Shown here: one piece after another, positions 46,099 through 55,083 of the stretch
How the letters are laid out: every line of letters starts with the position of its first letter
How positions within the stretch are numbered: the stretch's first letter is position 1
Source: a virus
Taxonomy: Duplodnaviria > Caudoviricetes
Direction: 5' to 3' (one strand)
DNA: 64,000 bases
IMG/VR virus record: IMGVR_UViG_3300025314_000006
Translations under genes and position numbers: made by a program
Notes under the pieces: model-generated
What the model saw: the letters and a program-made list of their open reading frames with translations, nothing else
What the model was told of the DNA's origin: nothing
Databases searched by the model: none

Positions 46099-48375
46099 TT
46101 AAAACACTTTTCTAAATTCAGCACTTCCATCAAAAGATAACCATCCTTTTTCTTTTTTAAATTTAGTCACATAAACACTATTATTCTTAAGCTTTGACTC
46201 AAGTTTTTTATACATATTATCCCACATAATAACTTTTTTAACTGTAGCCCCATCGGATAAGTGTAATACATACATTTTTCTTCCTGTTTTAGTTAATTTT
46301 TGTTCTACATTATTTAAACAGAAATAATAATAATTAATAGGATTATCAAAATTTGTTACCGGCTCTAACGCTACTCCATATTCTTCAACAAAAGCATCTC
46401 TGAGTTCATGCAGTTTTTTGAGTAAACCGAGATCAAGATTACAAACTTCTAAAAATTCTTTTTGCTTTATATCATCTGGAGTTTTATTAAATTTCTTATA
46501 AACAGTAACAGAATCCATTCCAAAATTTCCAAATATATCTAATTGCATAACGTTTTTTACTTTCGCAGTTCTCCATGCCATAATTTCCTCTCTGGATGGT
46601 GACCAATCATCAAATAGTCCAGCTTTTAAACACGCTTCAAAACTGCCTTTATTAAATTTTTTAAAAGGTACCGAGAAAAACTCATCCCTCGTTAACGTTC
46701 CTATATTTTTGGCTTTTAATTCTTTAAATGCAATATCTCCCATTCCATTTATTCCAGAAAATCCCATTGCAATTTTTTTATTTTCAATTGATGTCCATTC
46801 CCAATTAGATTTTCTTACAGGAGGGGCAATTTCAATCCCTTTAGACATAGCAGAAAGAAGTGCAGCTTGTAACCATTGTTTTTCTTTTTCTTTATCGCTA
46901 TTACTTTTAGGGTGATTTAAAAGTGCTGTATAGAATTCAGTCGGATAATAGTGTTTTAAAAAAAGGGTTTGCATAGCTATGTAGCTATATGAAGTTGCAT
47001 GTGATTTATTGAACGAATATCCCAAATATTTAATTAACCAGTCTTCTATTTTAGTTACTTCTTCTTCAGATAAACCCTTTGTTTTTGCTCCGTCTATGAA
47101 TTTTTTCCACAAATCAATATAATTTTTATAATTTTTATTTTTTAATTCATCTTCTGTTAATATGTCTCCACGTAATTTTTTTGCAATTATTTTACTAGCT
47201 GAGTCCATATATTTTCTTAAGTTATCACCATCTCCTTCATCCATTCCACCAATTTCCTTAGCAATAAACATTAGTTGTTCTTGATAAATTAGTACACCAT
47301 TAGTTTCTTCTAATAATGGAGCTAAAAGTTCATGTACATATGTTTTTTTTTCTGGATTGAATTTATTTTGTATAAATTCAATATGAGCTCCCATTCCAAG
47401 ACTTCCAGGTCTATATAATGAATTTGCTGCTGTTAATTCTTCAAATGTTTCAATCTGAATTCCTTTTATTAAAGCATTCATTCCCTCAGATTCAAATTGA
47501 AAAATCCCTTGATTATTACCCATTCTAAGTTCTATAAAAAGATTTGGGTCTTCAAGATTCACATAATCAACTTGCTCCTGTATGTCTATTCCTTTGTTTT
47601 CTTTTACAAGTTTTATTGCTGATTTTATAACATTAAGAGTAGTTAAATTTAATCTGTCTAATTTTAAAATACCAAGAGAAGATAAATCCTTTCCACTTCC
47701 AGATTCTTGATAACCTGAAACTATTTGACCTTTACAAATATTAACTGGCATATAATCCCAAACTGGTCCGGGCGTAATAACAATACCAGCAGCATGCTTT
47801 CCTAAATTCCTTATTTGTCCTTGAAGTTTTAGAGTAATACTTAATATTTCTGCATTATCTGGAGAAGTTAACCAGTTTTTAACTCTTTCTGAGCACTGTG
47901 GGTCATTTGGCCATGTTTCGAACCATTCTTGTAAAGAAATATCCCAAGTCGGTTTCGTTGGCATTTCTCTTGTTACAGCAAAAACATCTGACTCAAACCC
48001 AGATTCCCCTCCGAGAGCTTTAACCACATCTTTTATACATCCTTTTTCATTAAAAGTGCCAAAAGTAATTACCGGTATAACTCTTTCTTTTCCATATTTA
48101 TCATACAAAAATTGTAATGTTTTTGCATCTGAACCTGTTTCAAAATCGATATCGATATCAGGAATCGATTTCCTTTTTGTGTTTAAAAATCTTTCAAAAT
48201 ATAAACCAAAACGAAGAGGGTCTATTTTTGTTATATCAAGACAGTATGATAATAAACAACCAGATGCAGAATTATGAACTCCTAAACTTTCAACATTGTA
48301 AGAGTGAGAATTTTCTACTGTTAAATCGTGAACTCTACCTTTATATTTAATTATATTTTTTGATTTTAATTTCAT
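46099..48375 (-). CDS. dnaE: DNA polymerase III alpha C-terminal fragment: split-intein IntC (35 aa) plus C-extein
   Basis: 'VHDLTVENSHSYNVESLGVHN|SASG', then 'LYFERFLN', 'PDIDIDF', 'KHAAG', 'LKLDRL', 'YSFNKSHA'. Confidence 0.93.
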   Translation of the reverse strand: MKLKSKNIIKYKGRVHDLTVENSHSYNVESLGVHNSASGCLLSYCLDITKIDPLRFGLYFERFLNTKRKSIPDIDIDFETGSDAKTLQFLYDKYGKERVIPVITFGTFNEKGCIKDVVKALGGESGFESDVFAVTREMPTKPTWDISLQEWFETWPNDPQCSERVKNWLTSPDNAEILSITLKLQGQIRNLGKHAAGIVITPGPVWDYMPVNICKGQIVSGYQESGSGKDLSSLGILKLDRLNLTTLNVIKSAIKLVKENKGIDIQEQVDYVNLEDPNLFIELRMGNNQGIFQFESEGMNALIKGIQIETFEELTAANSLYRPGSLGMGAHIEFIQNKFNPEKKTYVHELLAPLLEETNGVLIYQEQLMFIAKEIGGMDEGDGDNLRKYMDSASKIIAKKLRGDILTEDELKNKNYKNYIDLWKKFIDGAKTKGLSEEEVTKIEDWLIKYLGYSFNKSHATSYSYIAMQTLFLKHYYPTEFYTALLNHPKSNSDKEKEKQWLQAALLSAMSKGIEIAPPVRKSNWEWTSIENKKIAMGFSGINGMGDIAFKELKAKNIGTLTRDEFFSVPFKKFNKGSFEACLKAGLFDDWSPSREEIMAWRTAKVKNVMQLDIFGNFGMDSVTVYKKFNKTPDDIKQKEFLEVCNLDLGLLKKLHELRDAFVEEYGVALEPVTNFDNPINYYYFCLNNVEQKLTKTGRKMYVLHLSDGATVKKVIMWDNMYKKLESKLKNNSVYVTKFKKEKGWLSFDGSAEFRKVF

Positions 48376-48379
48376 ATTA

Positions 48380-49414
48380 TTATAATGTTTTTACATATTC
48401 AAGTGTCATTTTGTGTAGGAAAATCATAAAATCAAAATTAAATCCTCTATCCAAACATTCTTGTTTCTTAAAATCGTTATTAATTTTACATTTATTATAT
48501 ATCCAAGTGGATTTTACTTCAATTATTTTATTTATTGAGATAATGTATATATCTGGAAAATATCTTCTTACAATGTTATCTATGTCTGTATAAAATATTT
48601 TTCCTATTTTATTTTGTATGTTTTTATTGCCAATTATCAAATCTTCTTCTTTAAATTCTTTTAATAAAATATCTAAAGCCTTATTTTCATACCCTTGCAG
48701 TTTTATAATTTTTCCACTTGGCATTATATATTCTTTAAATTTAAAGCTATTTTTTTGTGATTTTGAAAAAATTTTTTCATTTTGCATAACACTATAAACT
48801 CCATATTTTTCAAAAACAGCATCCAAAATATTTTGTCTATAATTTTCATCTTGCCATTTTTCCAACATTTTATTACTCTGATTTTCTTTATAACCATCTT
48901 TTTTCCAAACTTCTATCATTTTTTTGCTTTGATTTTCTTTGAATTCTGGTCTATTTTTACATATTTTTTGTGCAACAGAAGTATTTTTTAACCAATTAAG
49001 AGATGATGTTACTTTTTTATTTATGCATTTATTACAAATTGGTTCGAGTGAAAAATAATCTCTTTTTATAATATTTCTACATGCTAATTCACTTTTTTTA
49101 TTACAAGCTTCACAACAAAAAGTTATTTTCATTTTGGAACTTTTAAACGCTTCTATTTTCCATTCTCCTAAAGCAATAAAATCACTTAATTCTATTCTGT
49201 TATTTATAGACTTTATATCATAGGCATTTAATAAATTTTCTAAATCTCTATTTTTAAATGGAATTTTACTTTCTTTTAATAATTTTCTAAATAATTTTAA
49301 GTTAATATTAAATTCTTTGGAAAATTTTAATATTTCATTTTTTGTTAAAAATCCATTTTTATTAATAATGACATTTAATATTTCTTTTTGTTCTTTTGTT
49401 ATTTCTTTTTTCAT
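48380..49414 (-). CDS. Free-standing PD-(D/E)xK (TnsA-like) homing endonuclease between the split dnaE halves (likely start 49414)
   Basis: CxxC fingers, 'EKYGV..VMQ', 'LQGYE', 'RYFPDIYI...IIEVKSTW'; own CTATTTA motif at 49431. Confidence 0.78.
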   Translation of the reverse strand: MKKEITKEQKEILNVIINKNGFLTKNEILKFSKEFNINLKLFRKLLKESKIPFKNRDLENLLNAYDIKSINNRIELSDFIALGEWKIEAFKSSKMKITFCCEACNKKSELACRNIIKRDYFSLEPICNKCINKKVTSSLNWLKNTSVAQKICKNRPEFKENQSKKMIEVWKKDGYKENQSNKMLEKWQDENYRQNILDAVFEKYGVYSVMQNEKIFSKSQKNSFKFKEYIMPSGKIIKLQGYENKALDILLKEFKEEDLIIGNKNIQNKIGKIFYTDIDNIVRRYFPDIYIISINKIIEVKSTWIYNKCKINNDFKKQECLDRGFNFDFMIFLHKMTLEYVKTL

Positions 49415-49458
49415 GACTTTATATTTACTGTAAATAGTCAAAAAAAATCCTTATTGGA

Positions 49459-50943
49459 CTAAGTCGGTAAATAATCTACTTCCATAATTTCATCTTCATT
49501 AGTTAAATCATTTGCTTTAACCCAACTTCTATTACTTGTTAGAAACTCATGGTCTAATGTGCATCTTATTTTTATTTTGTTTTCAAATTCTAATTCAACA
49601 ATATCTTCTTCTATGTCATAAGACAAAACATCTATTACTGTTTGCTTATTTCCATAAGCATCTATCACTTCTTCTCCTATATCTATTATTTCTATAGAAG
49701 AATATAATCCATTAGACATTTTTACTCTACTTCCTGGCAAAAAACATCCTCTTCCAGGTCCTGTGGCTATATCATTTTCCTTACAAAACTTAATTAATTC
49801 CCAAACAACCATAAAATAATCAGACACTTTTTTATCGTCAATTACTTTTAGTTCGTAATCAAGCCTGTCCTTATATTTTTGAATAACTTCATCATCAATT
49901 TTTACTAAACCATTTTTTTTATAAATGTTTAATTTTTGTTTTAATTTTGCATGTGCAAGTTTTGTTATTATTTCCTTAGTTCCTGTTTCTTTAAAATACT
50001 CAATAACATCCGGTGTTGGCTCGTATTTTGGAAATTTCTCTACATCCGTTTCAAACTCAAAATTACATTTATCAGCAACTTTTAAAGTGTTATCTAAACA
50101 TTCTTCAATAAATTTATCCGGATAATTATATCCAAATTCTTTATTCATTTTATAAAAATCATCTCTATTAGAATAATACAGATGTCGTGCTTGAAGTTTA
50201 AATGCTGTAGGGTCATCTACAGACTTATGTTGATTAATGGAAATAATCACATCCTGTAAACGATTATTTTCAGGACTCGAATAGTGAACATCACCTGTAA
50301 GTATTGGTGTTAATGAATATTTTTTAATCATTCTTAAAATAAAATGATTATATTTTTTTTGTTGAGGGATTTCATTAAATTGTAATTCTGCCACAAAATT
50401 GTTTCCAAATTCTCGCATTAAAAGTTTTATTCTTTCTTCTGCTTCTTGTTCCTTGCCTTCTTCTATTAACCTTGCCATTTTACTGGCCATACAACTGCTC
50501 GTAATCAAAAGTCCGGACTTATTCTCAATAAGCCATTCTGTTGTTATTCTGCCCCTACGATAATACCCTTCTGTGAAAGAACGATAAGTTAATTTATTTA
50601 AATTAACAAACCCTTCTTTATTCATTATAATAATTGATTGATGAGTATCTTTCCCCTCATAGGATTTTTCTTCATGTTTATCCATTTCATCATTCAGATA
50701 AGCTTCCATTCCAATTATCGGCTTAATTCCAGCAGCTTTACATTTATTATAAAATTCAAATGTACCAGATGCATGACCGTGGTCAATTAAAGTTATAGCA
50801 GGATGATGGTAATCCTTCGCTAAACTTACGTAATCGTCTATCTTCGCGGAACCATCGAGTAAGCTATACGAACTATGTAAATGCAAGTGTACCATAGGTT
50901 TTCTATGTAAACATCCATCATTTTTACAACTACATCTTTCCAT
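49459..50943 (-). CDS. dnaE: DNA polymerase III alpha N-terminal fragment (PHP domain) ending in split-intein IntN (95 aa, 49462-49746)
   Basis: 'HLHLHSSYSLLDG', 'GIKPIIGME', 'TGDVHY', 'GPGRG|CFLPGS...CTLDHEFLT'; likely start 50943 after a TATATTTG element. Confidence 0.92.
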   Translation of the reverse strand: MERCSCKNDGCLHRKPMVHLHLHSSYSLLDGSAKIDDYVSLAKDYHHPAITLIDHGHASGTFEFYNKCKAAGIKPIIGMEAYLNDEMDKHEEKSYEGKDTHQSIIIMNKEGFVNLNKLTYRSFTEGYYRRGRITTEWLIENKSGLLITSSCMASKMARLIEEGKEQEAEERIKLLMREFGNNFVAELQFNEIPQQKKYNHFILRMIKKYSLTPILTGDVHYSSPENNRLQDVIISINQHKSVDDPTAFKLQARHLYYSNRDDFYKMNKEFGYNYPDKFIEECLDNTLKVADKCNFEFETDVEKFPKYEPTPDVIEYFKETGTKEIITKLAHAKLKQKLNIYKKNGLVKIDDEVIQKYKDRLDYELKVIDDKKVSDYFMVVWELIKFCKENDIATGPGRGCFLPGSRVKMSNGLYSSIEIIDIGEEVIDAYGNKQTVIDVLSYDIEEDIVELEFENKIKIRCTLDHEFLTSNRSWVKANDLTNEDEIMEVDYLPT

Positions 50944-50992
50944 TATATTTTGTTTTTTACAAATATAATAAAACAATTCATATTTATAGCAA

Positions 50993-51418
50993 ATGGACTC
51001 AAATAAAAAAATTAGGAAACATATTCAAAAAATATTATCAGAAGATTTTGGTCAAGGAAAAGACTCTTTTGTTGATACAATTAAAGATGTTAATATATAT
51101 GATTTAATTGGAAGACCAAATGAAACAGTTGATAGTGCTGCTGGAACTATAAAATTTACCTTAGAATTAGAAATTAGAAGATGGGGATTAGAAGGGATAA
51201 TAATCGATGTAAGTGATTTTGTTGTTAATCGTGTTGTAATTAATAACGAAACTGAAGAAACAAGGCATGAAACAGTTGCATACATTAAAGATGGAATTCC
51301 AAAAGATAATTTTAAATTAATGATTCACAGAACTTCTGGGAAAAGACATATTGGAGCTTATGAAGTTGAAATAAGTGAAGCAAGAAAAGAAATAGAAATA
51401 TCATTTTATAGCATTTAA
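50993..51418 (+). CDS. Hypothetical protein
   Basis: 141-aa ORF. Confidence 0.65.
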   Translation: MDSNKKIRKHIQKILSEDFGQGKDSFVDTIKDVNIYDLIGRPNETVDSAAGTIKFTLELEIRRWGLEGIIIDVSDFVVNRVVINNETEETRHETVAYIKDGIPKDNFKLMIHRTSGKRHIGAYEVEISEARKEIEISFYSI

Positions 51419-51427
51419 TTATTCGTG

Positions 51428-51458
51428 TTGACTTTTTGAAAAAAACCATTTAGATTTG
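51428..51458 (+). promoter_or_regulatory. Bacteroidota sigma70-type promoter
   Basis: TTG (51428-30), N20, TAGATTTG (51451-58). Confidence 0.6.
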
Positions 51459-51496
51459 TCAATGATTAGATAATTAAATGTCGAACCTAAAAAATA

Positions 51497-52039
51497 ATGA
51501 ATGAACAAGAAGTAGCAAAAAAAATAATCACAAAAAGCGGAAGACCCGGAAGAGAGATAAAAATAGACGGGACGAGATTTGGAAATCCAAATGTTGTCTT
51601 TAAATTAGGAACTGCCGAAGATAAAAATAGACCACACACAGTATATATTAATGCTACATTTTGGGTTGATATTAAAGATAAAGAAGATGTCGAAGGATTT
51701 GACAGAATTATTTCAAGAAGATATTCAAAAGAATTAAAAGATATATATAAAGTTGATTTAAAACCAATGCTTGAAAATAATAGGATTTTCCCACTTTATT
51801 ATGACAATATTTTTATTGCTGAATTTCCTGATAATTTAAATTATAATTCTAAAAAAAGTTTCACATCCATTGAAATTAGTCTTCATACCGCAAATTGCTT
51901 AAATAAAGAAATAGATTATTCTCTAAAAGATAGGGTGGATAACGAATTGTTTATGGAAATGATGGAAATATCGAAAATAATAGCTAATACAGATTTGTTG
52001 AAAAGCAAATTAGGGTTCAGTATACACAAAAACAAATAA
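51497..52039 (+). CDS. Hypothetical protein
   Basis: 180-aa ORF; stop overlaps the next start. Confidence 0.7.
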   Translation: MNEQEVAKKIITKSGRPGREIKIDGTRFGNPNVVFKLGTAEDKNRPHTVYINATFWVDIKDKEDVEGFDRIISRRYSKELKDIYKVDLKPMLENNRIFPLYYDNIFIAEFPDNLNYNSKKSFTSIEISLHTANCLNKEIDYSLKDRVDNELFMEMMEISKIIANTDLLKSKLGFSIHKNK

Positions 52040-52845
52040 TGGAAAATAAAAAAATAATAGGATGGTTTAGTTGTGGTATAACAAGTGCTGTAGCATGTAA
52101 GATGACTGTTGATAAATATGGTAAAGATAATGTTGTATTAATATATTTTGAAATTGACTCTGCTCACGAAGATAATGAAAGATTTATTTTAGAATCTGAA
52201 AAATGGATTGGAGTTAAAATAGAACGTAGGCGCTCAAAAAAATATAAAGACCAATTTGATGTTATAGAAAAAACAAGATACGTTAATGGTCCGGGTGGTG
52301 CCAGATGTACAAAAGAATTAAAAAAAGATGTTCGAGTAGCAGTAGAAAAAGAAATAAAATATGAACATCAGGTTTTTGGATTTGAATTTGCAAAAAAAGA
52401 AATAAATAGAGCTATTCGTTTTTCGCAACAATATCCACATACAAGTCCAATTTTTCCTTTAATAGAATCTAAATTAACCAAAGAACAATGTGCCGGTATA
52501 TTATTAAATGCTGGAATAGCATTACCAACTATGTATACGCTGGGTTTTCATAATAATAATTGTAAAATGTGTGTTAAAGGAGGAAAAGGATATGCCAATT
52601 TGATTAGAACACATTTTCCAGAAGATTTCGATAGAATGGCAAAACTAGAGCGAAAAATTGGAAGAAGTTGTATAAAAAATAAATTTTTAGATGAATTACT
52701 TCCAGAAGAAGGAAGACATGAATCACCAATATTACCTGATTGCGGTACATTCTGTGAAATAGAATTTTCAGAAATAGAAGACCTAAATACAGAAAAAGTT
52801 TTAAACGGAGAAATTACTATAGACGATGTAACTGCTTCACAATAA
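52039..52845 (+). CDS. PAPS-reductase-like (adenine nucleotide alpha-hydrolase fold) protein
   Basis: 'WFSCGITSAVA', 'HEDNERF', 'CTKELKK', 'GFHNNNC..CVKGG'. Confidence 0.75.
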   Translation: MENKKIIGWFSCGITSAVACKMTVDKYGKDNVVLIYFEIDSAHEDNERFILESEKWIGVKIERRRSKKYKDQFDVIEKTRYVNGPGGARCTKELKKDVRVAVEKEIKYEHQVFGFEFAKKEINRAIRFSQQYPHTSPIFPLIESKLTKEQCAGILLNAGIALPTMYTLGFHNNNCKMCVKGGKGYANLIRTHFPEDFDRMAKLERKIGRSCIKNKFLDELLPEEGRHESPILPDCGTFCEIEFSEIEDLNTEKVLNGEITIDDVTASQ

Positions 52846-52873
52846 CTTAATAATACTAATATATTCAACAACT

Positions 52874-52897
52874 AAAGCACCACAATCGTGGTGCTTT
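52874..52897 (+). terminator. Intrinsic terminator
   Basis: AAAGCACCAC-AATC-GTGGTGCTTT followed by a T-run. Confidence 0.8.
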
Positions 52898-52932
52898 TAT
52901 TTTTTCTAAACTATTTAGAAGAAAAAATAATA

Positions 52933-53589
52933 ATGTCAAACGAAGGTAAATATATTATAAGTGAATTTTATGCTTTCAATCCGGATGCTTCTTTAATAAG
53001 AGAAGCAGAAGATAAGCATATGCCTATTGTTTTAAAGGGCATACTTCAAAAAGGAAATACCACCAATAAAAACGGAAGAAAATATCCATTAGAAATTCTT
53101 AAAAGAGAAGCTGATAAATATAATCAACTTGTAAAAGAAAGAAGAGCGCTTGGAGAATTAGATCATCCAGATTCAGCAGTTGTTTCATTATCTAATGTTT
53201 CTCACTTAGTTACAAAAATATGGTGGGAGGGAGAAACTTTATATGGAGAAGTAGAAATTATAGATACTCCTTCTGGAAATATTTTAAAAGGTTTATTAAG
53301 AAGCGGAGTTATGCTTGGTATCTCATCAAGAGGAGTTGGTTCTGTAAAAAGTCATCAAGGCGATGACGTTGTTCAAGAAGATTTTGAATTAATTGCTTTT
53401 GATTTTGTTTCATCGCCATCAACACCTGGAGCATATATGTTCAAAGAAGGTGTAGAAAAGATAGGATTGAAAAAAATTACTAATAATAGTTTTAAAACAT
53501 TAAGAGCTGAAGACGTAGAGTCTGCTTCAAATTTTATAAAAAATAAAAAATTATCTGACATTTTCGGACAAAAATTTTGGACAAAATAA
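52933..53589 (+). CDS. Prohead protease (T4 gp21-like)
   Basis: 'NKNGRKYP', 'LGELDHP', 'VSH', 'GISSRG.GS', 'FDFVSSPS'; likely ATG 52933 after CTATTTA. Confidence 0.9.
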   Translation: MSNEGKYIISEFYAFNPDASLIREAEDKHMPIVLKGILQKGNTTNKNGRKYPLEILKREADKYNQLVKERRALGELDHPDSAVVSLSNVSHLVTKIWWEGETLYGEVEIIDTPSGNILKGLLRSGVMLGISSRGVGSVKSHQGDDVVQEDFELIAFDFVSSPSTPGAYMFKEGVEKIGLKKITNNSFKTLRAEDVESASNFIKNKKLSDIFGQKFWTK

Positions 53590-53662
53590 CAAATAAAGTG
53601 GAATTTGCTTTTTTATCAACTATTTATGTTGAAATAAGCGCTTTTTTAATTCAATAAAAAAA

Positions 53663-55057
53663 ATGAGCATAAAAAAAAGTTTAATACAGCAAGCAATACT
53701 CGAAGTTCGAGATATAGAAAAGTTTGCAACAGAAAAAGCAAGAAAAGCTCTTGAAGAAGAGATGGCGCCAAAAATTAAACAAATCACGAATGAAGCTCTT
53801 AAAGAATTAGAAAATAGTTCTTTAAACGAAGGAATGAATTTAGAAATTCCAGCAGGTGCTGAACTTACTATAAAAATGCCAGAAGGTGAAACAAGTGAAA
53901 TTGAGAACTCTTCTGAAACAGAAATAGAAAATGAAATATCTGATGATAATTCAGAAGAAACAATAAATAACGAAGAAAATATGAGCGATATCTTTGAAAT
54001 CGAAGGTCTAAATGAGGAAGATGCAACTTTGCCAAATGCTGGTACACCTGCAGAAGCTCCGACTCCAACTCCTGATGCAACTGCACCAGTTGATGAAACA
54101 CCAACAGAAGAACCTGTGTCTTTAGAAAGTATTTCTCAAATGCTTAAAGATATGGATGCTAAAATTGATGCTATTTCATCAGAAGAATCTTCTGAACAAG
54201 GAGATAGTGAAGGAAATGTTTCTATTGTAGATGATGAATCTGAATCAGAAATTACTCCAGAAGAAACACCTGCTCCTGAAGCTCCAGCTCCAGAAATTCA
54301 AACACCTGTTCAAGAAGAAGAATATGAATTAGATGAAGAATTTGGTGAAATGGATGAAGTTGTTTATGAAGTAGAAGATGATTGTGAATTAGATGAAGAA
54401 ATGGTAGAGTACGAATTAGAAGAAGAGGATATGTCTGATTTAAATGATGATTCTGTAATGGAAATGTTTAATGAATTAGAAATAGTTGATGAAGATGTTG
54501 AAGAAGATAATACATCAGTAGAAGAAATTCACGGTGTTGGTCATAACCTAAAGCATACAAATACACTTGGTAAACTTCCAAAACAAGGAGTTGAACAAAG
54601 AAATGAAATTAATGAAAGTATTAAAAAAATAAAAGCTCAATATGTGTCGAAATTCGACGGGCTAAGTCAGGAAAACGAAAGTTTAAAACAAACAATTAAA
54701 GAATATAAAGACTCTTTCATTGTTTTGAGAAAACAAATAAACGAAGTACAGATTTTCAACGCAAAATTGGCTTATGCCAACAAGCTATTCACTAACGGTG
54801 GTCTTACAAATGATGAGAAAATGAAAATCGCTGAGGAATTTGATAGTGTAGAAACTATCGAAGAGGCAAAAAAACTCTATAACAATTTCCTTAACGAAAT
54901 GAAAGTTTCAAAATCAGCAAAAACTCCATCTGTTGCAAAATTAAAATCTGTAAATCCGGCAGTAATAAAACCTTCAAACTCTAAAACGCTTTTCGAAAGT
55001 GATGAGATGATAAGAATGAAAAGACTTGCTGGAATAGTTAAAAATAGTGAAGAATAA
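53663..55057 (+). CDS. Prohead scaffold / core protein (T4 gp22-like)
   Basis: Very acidic, with a C-terminal coiled coil 'LNEV..FNAKL.YANKLF'-like; lies between the protease and MCP genes. Confidence 0.8.
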   Translation: MSIKKSLIQQAILEVRDIEKFATEKARKALEEEMAPKIKQITNEALKELENSSLNEGMNLEIPAGAELTIKMPEGETSEIENSSETEIENEISDDNSEETINNEENMSDIFEIEGLNEEDATLPNAGTPAEAPTPTPDATAPVDETPTEEPVSLESISQMLKDMDAKIDAISSEESSEQGDSEGNVSIVDDESESEITPEETPAPEAPAPEIQTPVQEEEYELDEEFGEMDEVVYEVEDDCELDEEMVEYELEEEDMSDLNDDSVMEMFNELEIVDEDVEEDNTSVEEIHGVGHNLKHTNTLGKLPKQGVEQRNEINESIKKIKAQYVSKFDGLSQENESLKQTIKEYKDSFIVLRKQINEVQIFNAKLAYANKLFTNGGLTNDEKMKIAEEFDSVETIEEAKKLYNNFLNEMKVSKSAKTPSVAKLKSVNPAVIKPSNSKTLFESDEMIRMKRLAGIVKNSEE

Positions 55058-55083
55058 ACTTATAAATTAAAAAAACTAAAAAA

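Noticed and set aside
6804-50943. Group I introns as the cause of the dnaB and dnaE interruptions
   Set aside because: The junctions carry complete intein motifs (Cys1, block B His, His-Asn, Ser+1) and each C-half has its own ATG, which indicates split inteins
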